The position numbers were made by a program, and so were the translations under genes. Below are positions 18,654 to 27,318 of a DNA stretch of 64,000 nt, piece by piece (positions within the stretch are counted from its first letter, which is position 1; each line of letters starts with the position of its first letter). The notes beneath the pieces are model-generated. The model was not told the DNA's origin and did not search any database. It saw only the letters and a list, made by a program, of their open reading frames with translations. Source of the DNA: Candidatus Zixiibacteriota bacterium (GTDB lineage: Bacteria > RBG-13-66-14 > B26-G2 > WVWN01). The stretch lies in NCBI GenBank assembly GCA_050117845.1, contig JASFLY010000004.1, positions 134,511-198,510 of the forward strand. The letters are read 5' to 3'.

Positions 18654-19373
18654 TCACAACAGACCCAGCGCGACAAGAGTCCCTTTTATCCAATCCTCGA
18701 TAAGGAAATCCATCCGGCCTATGAGGAGCGAGATGCGGGCCATGACGGTGTAGCCGAAGGCCGCGCCGAAAGAGACCATCAGGAACCAGATGCCGAGCCG
18801 GGCCACGCCCCCCAGGGCGCCTTTATGCTCTTTCGAAAAATAGAAGTATACCAGGCCGCTCACGACGCCGATTATCAGCAACGTATTGGAGATGGAGGGG
18901 CCCAACTGGAAGTTGCCGGCTTCGTCCAGCACCACCGGCGGTATTATCGTCCCCTTGATTTGGGCGAGGCAGTTCGTCTGGAGGTAAACGATGAACATCA
19001 GGCCCGCGCCCAGGCCCACGGAGAACGCGATGCCGTAGCGCGATACCCACGCCACCTTGGAGAAGAAGCGGAATAGCATCGTGAGGCCCAACAGGCCCGC
19101 CAGGACGGTCAGGATGCGGATGTCCCACTGGCCGTCCAGGAAAACGACCGCGAAGGCGCCCCTCGTGTCCGCCGTACCGAAGAGAGGCTCTATCAGGTTG
19201 GGCAGAAGGAGGTTGTGGTACTGGTAAGCGACCCAGAAACCCGCGGAGATACCCACGAAGAGGTACTCGGCGAACTTGTAAAACGGGTTGTCCTTATACA
19301 GGAACGAGAGGATGCACAGCGTTAGCAGGGCCGCGATCCAGGTTCCGAATAGTGTAAGGCCGTCCATTACCAT
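18654..19373 (-). CDS. Multi-TM protein, module gene D (copy 1)
   Basis: Paralog of 11024-11734. Confidence 0.9.
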   Translation of the reverse strand: MVMDGLTLFGTWIAALLTLCILSFLYKDNPFYKFAEYLFVGISAGFWVAYQYHNLLLPNLIEPLFGTADTRGAFAVVFLDGQWDIRILTVLAGLLGLTMLFRFFSKVAWVSRYGIAFSVGLGAGLMFIVYLQTNCLAQIKGTIIPPVVLDEAGNFQLGPSISNTLLIIGVVSGLVYFYFSKEHKGALGGVARLGIWFLMVSFGAAFGYTVMARISLLIGRMDFLIEDWIKGTLVALGLL

Positions 19374-19413
19374 GCCTCCGAGTCGAGAACGGGCGTCCCG
19401 ACGCTCTCAAGTA

Positions 19414-20274
19414 TTACCCGGCCTGACCGCCGGGCGGCTTGGCGCCCTCGTCTCCGCCCCGCTTCCGCAGGACGAAGTAGGATATGTTCGCAAAAATAAT
19501 AAATATAATGATGACGAGGTGAGCGATGGACTGGGCGTCCATCCGCCTCGTCGCGTCTCCCGCGTAGTTAACCAACGTCTCGTATTCCGCCGCGCCCTTG
19601 AGGCCCCCCAAAAGGCCTATGAGCTGGCCCGTCTGAAGGTAGGGGTAGAACTGCGGCGCCGATACGGCCGTGCAGCCGCCGGCGATGGGCCGGTGGAAGA
19701 GCGAGTTGCCCACCCGCACCCACGCCGGGATGCCTGGGTCCCCGGCCGAGAGGTCCATCACGAGCGCGATGTCGGTTAAAGCCCCCACTTCCCGCATGAG
19801 CGGGAGGTCGGCGGTCGGGTTCCCCGTCATGTCGGTGGGGAAGACGTCCGTCATGGAGGTCCCGAGCGATTTTATGACGATGTCGCCGCCGGGTTTGTAT
19901 CCCAGATTCACGTAGTCGCGGCCGTACTCCAGGTCGAATTCCCGGGTCATGTCGTTCATGGCCGAGACGGCGAGCTGGGCGCCCTGCGGCCATAGCGCCA
20001 TTATAATGACGTGGTGTTTTTTCGCGAAGCAGTGCCGGAGGAAAGCCAGGCCCATCGGATGGACCTCCGGGGCCGCCGCCGGGTCGTAGTCGAACGACAC
20101 CAGGATGTTCGAGCCGGGCGGCAGGGCCTCCACCGCGTCGTAAATGCTCTGCGCCTGGGGCGTAACCTTGACCGGCATCCCGAGCGGCAAAAGGAGCGGA
20201 ATGATTACCGCGGCGGCTATGAGGACGAAAATAATCCTGCGGTCAACCGTGGATAGCCATTCGAAGAATTTCAT
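19414..20274 (-). CDS. 2-TM protein with a large soluble domain, module gene C (copy 1)
   Basis: Paralog of 11771-12604. Confidence 0.9.
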   Translation of the reverse strand: MKFFEWLSTVDRRIIFVLIAAAVIIPLLLPLGMPVKVTPQAQSIYDAVEALPPGSNILVSFDYDPAAAPEVHPMGLAFLRHCFAKKHHVIIMALWPQGAQLAVSAMNDMTREFDLEYGRDYVNLGYKPGGDIVIKSLGTSMTDVFPTDMTGNPTADLPLMREVGALTDIALVMDLSAGDPGIPAWVRVGNSLFHRPIAGGCTAVSAPQFYPYLQTGQLIGLLGGLKGAAEYETLVNYAGDATRRMDAQSIAHLVIIIFIIFANISYFVLRKRGGDEGAKPPGGQAG

Positions 20275-20316
20275 GGGGTTAACCTCCGGAGGCCCGTAGC
20301 GGCCTCCAGCCGGGTA

Positions 20317-20952
20317 TTATTCTTCTCCTAAATACGACCGCTCGATGCCGAGCAAAATTCGAAGCGACGTCGAAACGACGCCGAGCGACGCGCCGATGAG
20401 AATGGCCCGTTGGCCGGCGGTGTTGCCTATCTCCATTATCCTGTCCTTGAGCCAGTCGGGCGACAGGAAGAAAGGCCACCACGACGGCACCCAAATGGAG
20501 CCGATGGGCACCTGGCCCAGCATAACGATGAACGCCGCCAGAAGCAGCAGCGTCGAATCCACCGTGCGGGCGCGGAAGGCCCGGTAAGCCGCCGACGCCA
20601 CGAAGAACGCCAGCAGCGCGAACATCGTCGACGACATGGGGAACATCAGGTAATTGAAGAACCAGTCGAAGAGCGTCCCCTCGTCGATGCCGCCGATGAG
20701 GCCCGCGAGGCCCATCCCGAAGAAGCCGATGATGAGTATTATGGAGTAGAACCAGTCGGTCCGGCGGTGGCGGATCTTCATGTAGTTCATGCGCAGGAGG
20801 TTGAACGCGCCCACCAGGATGGCGAACGCCACCACGACGAAGTACCAGTTCTGGATGAGGTCCGCGACCCGGCGCAGGGCCGGAACGAAGAATTCCAGGA
20901 TGATTATCACGCCGGCCACGAAAGCCACCATCATCGGAATTTCCCGTCGCAT
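20317..20952 (-). CDS. Integral membrane protein, module gene B (copy 1)
   Basis: Paralog of 12638-13261; both begin MRRE[IL]P. Confidence 0.9.
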   Translation of the reverse strand: MRREIPMMVAFVAGVIIILEFFVPALRRVADLIQNWYFVVVAFAILVGAFNLLRMNYMKIRHRRTDWFYSIILIIGFFGMGLAGLIGGIDEGTLFDWFFNYLMFPMSSTMFALLAFFVASAAYRAFRARTVDSTLLLLAAFIVMLGQVPIGSIWVPSWWPFFLSPDWLKDRIMEIGNTAGQRAILIGASLGVVSTSLRILLGIERSYLGEE

Positions 20953-21004
20953 ACTAGAACTCCTTGCCGGAGAGGATTAACGTCGTTCCGATCCGCGGAA
21001 CCGG

Positions 21005-22180
21005 TTAACGCACTACGAAAAGTTGTGATAGATCTATGGAATAGCCGAAGGGCTCGACGCCGAATTGGGCGACGAAGGCCGTTATCGCGCCGACTATTAT
21101 GAAAAACAGGATTAGTACCTTGCCCCAGTCCTGCCCCAACATGCTGCCCAGCAGGCGGGGTTCGCGGCTGAGATAGGCGCTGGCCGCGAAGAGCTCCTCG
21201 CCGATGAGGGTGTAGTCGCAGGCCGCGATGAAGAACGGCAGCTGGGAAGGCATGGCCGTCCCGGCGATCTGAATCGCGCCGATGGAGTGGCCGGTCTCGG
21301 CCAGGATGAGCGACTCGGCGTAGAAGGTCCCCAGGTAGAAGTTGGCCGCCGGTTTCTCGCGCAGCATGATGCCGTCCACGCCGGCGACGTAGCCGAACTG
21401 GTCGTCGGTCAGGTAACGGATGTTTTCCCTGCGGTAGGCGTCCGGCCGGCCGGCCTCCATGTAGGCTTCCTTGACGACTTCCTGCGCCGTCGCCATCACG
21501 AGCGAGCGCGAGCACGGGACCAGAAGGTTGGCGTCGTACTCCGCGATCATCGTGGCCACGCGGCCCAGAATCGTCAGTGAGGCGATGGTCTGGATATCGT
21601 CGACGTCCGAAATGCCGGGGACGAAGAGGACGGGTTTGCCCATTTCGGTGGCCCGTCCCACGGCCTCCTGGACCGCTTCCAGGCCGGCGATGCGCCGAAT
21701 GAAGAGTTCCTTGCCGGCGCGGGCCTGGGAGATGTAATACAGGACGAAGGCCGAAAGTATAATGGAGGCGATGAGCATGTTGAGGCGGTCCCGGTGGAAC
21801 CACTGGGCCGAGGCCGCGACGGGGCCCGCGGGGGCCGTATCGGTGCTCATCTTTTCGCCGCGAGTTTTAATTTTATAGAAGTACTCGACGCCGTTTTCCG
21901 CCTCGGAGTCCGACACCATATAACTTTCTTTGCCGGGGGTCGCGTCGGCGATTTTCTTGTACTCGCCGGCCGCGGAGGTGGCGCGCCACACCTCGTAACC
22001 GAGGACCGGGCTCGCCTCGCCGGTTTCGTCGGGCGATGGCCGCCAGGATATTTCTATGACGCCGCCCGCGTCCACCGGCGCGTCCTGGGCCGCTACGTCG
22101 CGGGCGGGCTGAAGGGTCTGCCCGGAAACGACGGCCGCCATGCCGGCCAAAAACAATACCCCAACGAACGCCGACCTCAT
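21005..22180 (-). CDS. Signal peptide + FN3-like domain + DUF6754-like domain, module gene A (copy 1)
   Basis: Paralog of 13280-14416; GYEVWRA and YFYKIKT FN3-like strands; gaggtg RBS. Confidence 0.88.
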   Translation of the reverse strand: MRSAFVGVLFLAGMAAVVSGQTLQPARDVAAQDAPVDAGGVIEISWRPSPDETGEASPVLGYEVWRATSAAGEYKKIADATPGKESYMVSDSEAENGVEYFYKIKTRGEKMSTDTAPAGPVAASAQWFHRDRLNMLIASIILSAFVLYYISQARAGKELFIRRIAGLEAVQEAVGRATEMGKPVLFVPGISDVDDIQTIASLTILGRVATMIAEYDANLLVPCSRSLVMATAQEVVKEAYMEAGRPDAYRRENIRYLTDDQFGYVAGVDGIMLREKPAANFYLGTFYAESLILAETGHSIGAIQIAGTAMPSQLPFFIAACDYTLIGEELFAASAYLSREPRLLGSMLGQDWGKVLILFFIIVGAITAFVAQFGVEPFGYSIDLSQLFVVR

Positions 22181-22266
22181 TTCGTCACCTCATGCCAGAA
22201 AAGGAGTCCGTTCCGGCGCTACGCCCGGTAATCGGGCGCTGTTCGCGTGCTTGGATAATTCTAAAA

Positions 22267-22295
22267 AATCTATCACGGCGGGGGAGCCGTGTCAA
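22267..22295 (-). promoter_or_regulatory. sigma70 promoter of the 12-gene cluster
   Basis: Minus strand TTGACA-N17-TAGATT with TGn extension. Confidence 0.7.
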
Positions 22296-22371
22296 GAGTT
22301 AAAACGGGGAGGTAAATCCCCTCGGGCCCGAGGCGCTGCGAACCCCCCGGCCGCCGCGCCGGAAATAAGAG

Positions 22372-22400
22372 TTGACACCCGTCGGGGCGGATGTTAGATT
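22372..22400 (+). promoter_or_regulatory. sigma70 promoter of the bactofilin-pmbA operon
   Basis: TTGACA-N17-TAGATT with TGn extension. Confidence 0.7.
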
Positions 22401-22461
22401 GTCGTCGCGGATTTTGGACCGAGTTTGTTTCACGTTAAGGCCGCCGCATTAGAAGGGACCT

Positions 22462-22884
22462 ATGGCTCGTAAAACCCAGCACCGCCGCATTTCGGACGTC
22501 GATTTCGGTTCCTATATCGCCGACGGGGCCGAAGTGCGCGGCGCGTATCAGGGTAAGACCAATTTACTCGTGGCCGGAACCCTCCACGGCGACGTGGCGC
22601 TCGACGGCACCATAATGGTTACGACGCACGCGGTCGTGAACGGCGACGTTCACGCCGTAAACGCCATTATATCGGGCCGCATCGAAGGCAACGTCCACGC
22701 GCGTAAAGCCGCGGAAATCCGGCGCAAGGCCGAGATTAAAGGAAACGTTATGGCCCGGGAGATATACGTCGCCGTGGGCGCCCGCATCGGCGGCGAGATA
22801 ATAGCTTCCGGGAAAAAAGGCGTTACGTCTTTCAAGGAACGCCGAAAATCGGATCTGGTGGATCCCGATCCGGAGAAGAAGTAA
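22462..22884 (+). CDS. Bactofilin (polymer-forming cytoskeletal protein)
   Basis: SYIADGAEVRG...LLVAGTLHGDV...VNGDVHA..IISGRIEGNVHA beta-helix repeats. Confidence 0.88.
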   Translation: MARKTQHRRISDVDFGSYIADGAEVRGAYQGKTNLLVAGTLHGDVALDGTIMVTTHAVVNGDVHAVNAIISGRIEGNVHARKAAEIRRKAEIKGNVMAREIYVAVGARIGGEIIASGKKGVTSFKERRKSDLVDPDPEKK

Positions 22885-22910
22885 CTGCCCCGGGGGCAAA
22901 GGAGGCCGCG

Positions 22911-24257
22911 TTGGCTTTAGACCGTAAACATGCGGAAGATATAGTCGCTCGGTCGCTCGAAGTATCGGAAGCGGACGAGACGCTGGTATTTTTGAACACG
23001 TACGAGCGCGGCCTGACGCGCTTCAGCGAAAACGAAATCCACCAAAACGTCACCGAACGGCAAGTCCTCTTGACCGTACAGGCGGCCCTGGGCAAGAAGC
23101 TCGGCATCGCCCGGGGAATAGTGAACGAGGACGGCGACATTAAAAACGTCGCCGACACCGCCCTGTCCATCGCCCGGATACAGGGCGAGCAGGAGGAATA
23201 CGCCGGCCTGGCCGACCCCGCCGATATCCCGGCCGTCAAGAGTTACAGCGACGCCACGGCCGCGTACGGCCCCGACCAGCGGGCGGACGCCGTCGGTACC
23301 GTTATCGGCGCATCTTCCGGCGCCAAAATGAAGGCCGCCGGGTCATTCCGCACCGAAACCGGCGACCTGACGGTGGGCAATTCCAAGGGCGTGCTGGTTT
23401 ACCATCCGTACACCGAGGCCGAGCTGATCGCCGTCGCCATGGGCGGGGACGGCAGCGGCTACTGCGAGGGCGGCGCCTGGGACGTCGCCGACATCGACAT
23501 CGGGGCCCTGGCCGAGGACGCCGTCCGCCGGGCCGAACTTTCCAAAAACCCCGGCGCGGTCGAGCCCGGCGAGTACGATCTAATCGTGGAGCCGTACGCC
23601 CTGGGCGAGCTGTTCAGCTGGATGTCCTTCGTCGTCTTCGACACCCGCGCCTATCAGGAGGGGCGGACGCTGTTGTCCAAACGGATGGGCGACAAGATAA
23701 TGGGCGACAACATCACCATCGTCGACGACGGCCTGTCCCCCGAGACGATACCCTTCCCCTTCGATTTCGAGGGCGTCCCCCGCCAGCGGGTAACGCTCGT
23801 CGACCGCGGGAAGGCGGTAGGGGTGTGCTACGACCTCGCGACGGCCGCCCACGATGGGAAGAAGAGCACCGGCCACGCCCTCCCGCCCGGCGCCAGCTAC
23901 GGCCCCTTCCCCCTGAATATAGATCTCGCACCCGGCGATTCGTCCGTGGACGAGATGATCGCGTCGATGGAGCGGGGCCTCTACGTAACCCGATTCCACT
24001 ACGTCAACGGTTTCGTCGAACCAATGCAGGCGGTCTTCACCGGGATGACCCGTGACGGGACCTTCCTGGTCGAGGACGGCAAAATAAAACGCGGCCTTAA
24101 GAACCTGCGCTGGACCGAGAGCATGTTGCGCGCCTTCTCCAACGTTAAAATGATGGCCCGCGAGCGGCGGCTCGTCAACGTGGGAGACGGCATCCGAGTC
24201 GTGGCGCCGGCCGTATATTTCAAGGACTTCACCTTCACCGGAACGACCGAACACTAA
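22911..24257 (+). CDS. TldD/PmbA family protein (PmbA/TldE-like, no HExxxH)
   Basis: TRFSENEIHQNV, PGEYDLIVEP, PFDFEGVP, STGHA, FTGMTRDGTFLVEDGKI; TTG start with aaggagg RBS. Confidence 0.88.
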   Translation: MALDRKHAEDIVARSLEVSEADETLVFLNTYERGLTRFSENEIHQNVTERQVLLTVQAALGKKLGIARGIVNEDGDIKNVADTALSIARIQGEQEEYAGLADPADIPAVKSYSDATAAYGPDQRADAVGTVIGASSGAKMKAAGSFRTETGDLTVGNSKGVLVYHPYTEAELIAVAMGGDGSGYCEGGAWDVADIDIGALAEDAVRRAELSKNPGAVEPGEYDLIVEPYALGELFSWMSFVVFDTRAYQEGRTLLSKRMGDKIMGDNITIVDDGLSPETIPFPFDFEGVPRQRVTLVDRGKAVGVCYDLATAAHDGKKSTGHALPPGASYGPFPLNIDLAPGDSSVDEMIASMERGLYVTRFHYVNGFVEPMQAVFTGMTRDGTFLVEDGKIKRGLKNLRWTESMLRAFSNVKMMARERRLVNVGDGIRVVAPAVYFKDFTFTGTTEH

Positions 24258-24273
24258 AGAAAGAGGGGGTCGC

Positions 24274-24477
24274 ATGGGAGGAGCGCATACCAAATCCGTG
24301 ACCGTACGGCTCGACCTGGGCGTCAACGACGATCTCGACGGATACTGCCGGGACGCGTCCCTGTCCAAATCGTTGATAGTCAATTGCGCGTTGGCGAACT
24401 TCCTGCAATCGAGCGAGAAAAAACGGGTCGAAATCATCAAAGCCTACATCAAGCGCGCCAAAAGAAAAAATAAATAA
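24274..24477 (+). CDS. Small ribbon-helix-helix (CopG-like) protein
   Basis: KSVTVRLD strand followed by two helices (LSKSLIVNCALANFL); gagggg RBS. Confidence 0.6.
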   Translation: MGGAHTKSVTVRLDLGVNDDLDGYCRDASLSKSLIVNCALANFLQSSEKKRVEIIKAYIKRAKRKNK

Positions 24478-24555
24478 CCGGGCGATATAAGGCCGGGGAC
24501 GATGCCGCGGGAGCGCGTGCGCTCTCGGCGGCGGCGTTCCTTTACGCGCTACGGA

Positions 24556-24583
24556 GGTACGGGGACTTCCCCGTGCCTTTTTT
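24556..24583 (+). terminator. Rho-independent terminator
   Basis: ggtacgggg-actt-ccccgtgcc followed by T6. Confidence 0.75.
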
Positions 24584-24584
24584 C

Positions 24585-24643
24585 GTGCCGCCGGCATTCC
24601 TGTCGGTGGAGTTTTTTTCCACAGACAAGAATGTCTGTGCCAC
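24585..24643. repeat. REP/REPIN-like imperfect inverted repeat
   Basis: The left arm gtgccgccggcattcctgtcggtg matches the reverse complement of cacagacaagaatgtctgtgccac at 18/24 positions; the right arm is itself palindromic. Confidence 0.55.
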
Positions 24644-24714
24644 TCCTATATTATTTATTATTCCGATTAGCGACGGTTGCCGCCGAATGCCGCGTTGACG
24701 GCGACCGAGGTTTA

Positions 24715-24743
24715 TTGACAGCCTCGCCGTACCCTGTTAGAAT
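24715..24743 (+). promoter_or_regulatory. sigma70 promoter of the M28 peptidase gene
   Basis: TTGACA-N17-TAGAAT with TGn extension. Confidence 0.75.
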
Positions 24744-24782
24744 TAACGCTTATAAGCGCCGTTTAAAGGAGAAAATATAGAT

Positions 24783-27242
24783 ATGCGAATAATAGCCGCC
24801 GTAGTTATTTTCGCCGCGGCCGCGGCGGGGGCCGCCCTGCCCGGCGAGTTCCTGGTAAGCAGCCCCAAACTGGTGGAAGCCTCGGCCGAGGCCGGCCTGT
24901 GGTACCTGGCCGAGTCGCCCGCCGGCCACCTCTATCTCGCCGAGGGTCGGGCCCTGCCCGCCCTCGCGCCCTACCGCGTCCTGCACGACGACCCCGAGAC
25001 CTCCTCTTATTATCTGGTCTACGAGTACGGGGCCGGCGAGGCCGCCCGCGCCGCCGCGCCGGACGCCGTCCAGCCTCTCGGCGACGACGTCTTCCTCATG
25101 GCGACGTCTCGCGGCCGGGCCGTAGCGCTCGCGGCCGCCGGGGCCCGCGCCGAGTTCGTGCGCCTCCGGCCCGTACGCCGCGTCGAAACGGCGGGAACCG
25201 CGCCGGCCGAACCCGCGCCCGCCTTCCGCGAGGACGTGGACGCGGCCCTGGAGACCATAACCGAGAACGAGGTCGAGAACTACCTGACGACGCTCCAGAA
25301 CTTCGAAACGCGCTTCTCGTATACCGACGGGTACCGCGACGCCGCGGCCTGGGCTTACGACTTCCTGGATGACCTGGGCTACGATACCTCGTACGACGAG
25401 TTCCTGGGCGTCGGTTTCGTCGGCGTATCCGTGCCGACCGACGGCTCCCGGGCCTGGGTGGTCAGCGACGGCGGGACCATCTACCATACCGCGGACGGCG
25501 GCGAGAACTGGGAACAGCAGAACGCCCCGGCCGCCCGGGGGGCTTTGTGGAGCGTCCAGTTCCTCAGCGACCAACTCGGCTATACCGTCGGCGAGAGCGG
25601 CACGTGTCTCAAAACGTCCAACGGCGGCGAGACCTGGACCGGCCAGACGGTCCCATACGACGGCTACCTCTTCGGCGTCGGTTTCGTCGACGCCGACACC
25701 GGGTGGGTAGCGGCCGACGAAGGCCGTATCCTCCACACGTCGAACGGCGGCTCGAGCTGGGCCGAGCAGACGACGCCCGTCACCGACCGCCTCTACGACG
25801 TCGCGATGGCCGACGCGACCCACGGCTGGGCCTGCGGCCGCGAGGGCGTCATCCTCCGCACCGAGGACGGCGAGACCTGGACCGTTCAGAATAGCCACAC
25901 GACGACGCGCCTCTACGGCATCTACGCCGTGAGCGCCGACGAGGCCTGGTGCTGCGGCTGGTCCAAGACGCTGTTGCACACGACGGACGGCGGCGAGAAC
26001 TGGAACTTCGTCGACCTCCCCCAGCCGACCTGGGCCTACTTCTACGACGTCCGTTTCGGCGACGCGAACCACGGTTACGTCGTCGGCCTGGAGGGCGCGT
26101 TCCTCTCCTCCGACGACGGCGGCGCGACCTGGGACTATCAAAGCCTGGGTGAGGATGACTTCTACGGGTGCGACTTCGCCGCCGGGACCTTCGGCTTCAT
26201 CGGCGGGTCGGCCGCGCTGTACCGCACCGAGAACGGCGGCGGCAGTTTCGAATCACTAATCGATAACTTCGACGACAAGTGGCTCAACGTCGTCGGCGAG
26301 AAGAGGGGATACCGGTTCCCCGACGAGATAGTCATAGTGTGCGGCCACATGGATTCGATATCGGAGATGCCGCTGGTGAGCGCCCCCGGCGCGGACGACA
26401 ACGCCTCCGGCACCGTGGCGACGCTGGCCGCGGCCCGGGCCCTGGCCGGGATGGACTTCGAACGGACGTTGCGGTTCATTTGCTGGTGCGGCGAGGAGGA
26501 GGGCCTCCTCGGGAGTCACCACTACGCCGCGAACGCCGCGGCGGCGGACGAGAATATCCTTGCGGTCGTCAACTTCGACATGGTGGCGTACGACGAGGAG
26601 CAGGGGAGCCGCGACGACACCTCCAACTTCGCCAACGAGACGTCCGCGTGGCTCGGCGAGTACCTGGTCGCGTGCGGCGAGCTGTACGGCATTAATCACG
26701 AGTTCGACTTCATCGTCGATCCCTCCGCCGGCTCCTCCGACCACGCGTCCTTCTGGGCCTACGGTTACGACGCCATTCTACTTATCGAGGGAGAGAGCGG
26801 CGTCGGCGGCGTCATCGAGTATCCGTACTACCACACCACCCAGGATACCGTGGACAAGCTGACGATGAAGCTCCAGCTCGACAACGCCCGCGTGGCGGCG
26901 GCGACCGCGGCCCACCTCGCCCGGGCATCCCTCCGGCCCGACGGCGTTGCGGCGCCGGGGCCGGGCGCCGGGGCCGAGGAGTTGACCGTTTACCCGAACC
27001 CGTTCCGCACGTCCTCGGGCCCGGGGCACGTTCGCTTCGCGGGTCTGAGCGAAGGTTCCACCGTCGAGATATACGACCTCTCGGGCCACCTTATCTTCAA
27101 GGCCGACAACGTCGGCTCGGATGGCCATTACGACTGGCCGGTGACGTCGAGCGACGGCGAGGCCGCGGCCTCGGGCATCTACGTCTACCGCGTTTCCGGC
27201 GGCGATAAGGACGAGGCCGGCAAGCTGGCCATCATCCGCTGA
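24783..27242 (+). CDS. Secreted M28-family zinc peptidase with an inserted BNR/YCF48-like propeller and a T9SS/FlgD-like C-terminal domain
   Basis: GHMDS, PGADDNASG, GEEEGLLGS, NFDM, SDHASF and YYHT motifs; multiple TxDGGxxW Asp-box repeats; VYPNP...IYDLSG...SGIYVYR...GKLAIIR. Confidence 0.9.
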   Translation: MRIIAAVVIFAAAAAGAALPGEFLVSSPKLVEASAEAGLWYLAESPAGHLYLAEGRALPALAPYRVLHDDPETSSYYLVYEYGAGEAARAAAPDAVQPLGDDVFLMATSRGRAVALAAAGARAEFVRLRPVRRVETAGTAPAEPAPAFREDVDAALETITENEVENYLTTLQNFETRFSYTDGYRDAAAWAYDFLDDLGYDTSYDEFLGVGFVGVSVPTDGSRAWVVSDGGTIYHTADGGENWEQQNAPAARGALWSVQFLSDQLGYTVGESGTCLKTSNGGETWTGQTVPYDGYLFGVGFVDADTGWVAADEGRILHTSNGGSSWAEQTTPVTDRLYDVAMADATHGWACGREGVILRTEDGETWTVQNSHTTTRLYGIYAVSADEAWCCGWSKTLLHTTDGGENWNFVDLPQPTWAYFYDVRFGDANHGYVVGLEGAFLSSDDGGATWDYQSLGEDDFYGCDFAAGTFGFIGGSAALYRTENGGGSFESLIDNFDDKWLNVVGEKRGYRFPDEIVIVCGHMDSISEMPLVSAPGADDNASGTVATLAAARALAGMDFERTLRFICWCGEEEGLLGSHHYAANAAAADENILAVVNFDMVAYDEEQGSRDDTSNFANETSAWLGEYLVACGELYGINHEFDFIVDPSAGSSDHASFWAYGYDAILLIEGESGVGGVIEYPYYHTTQDTVDKLTMKLQLDNARVAAATAAHLARASLRPDGVAAPGPGAGAEELTVYPNPFRTSSGPGHVRFAGLSEGSTVEIYDLSGHLIFKADNVGSDGHYDWPVTSSDGEAAASGIYVYRVSGGDKDEAGKLAIIR

Positions 27243-27271
27243 CGGCGAGATTTACCCCAACTTACCCCAAC

Positions 27272-27302
27272 AAAAAAGCCGGCCCCGAGGGGCCGGTTTT
27301 TT
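27272..27302. terminator. Bidirectional terminator
   Basis: aaaaaagccggcccc-ga-ggggccggtttttt between convergent genes. Confidence 0.8.
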
Positions 27303-27318
27303 AGTAATTTACAGGGAT

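Noticed and set aside
24502..24780. 92-aa ORF between the RHH gene and the peptidase
   Set aside because: It spans a terminator, an inverted repeat and the next promoter, so it is likely non-coding.
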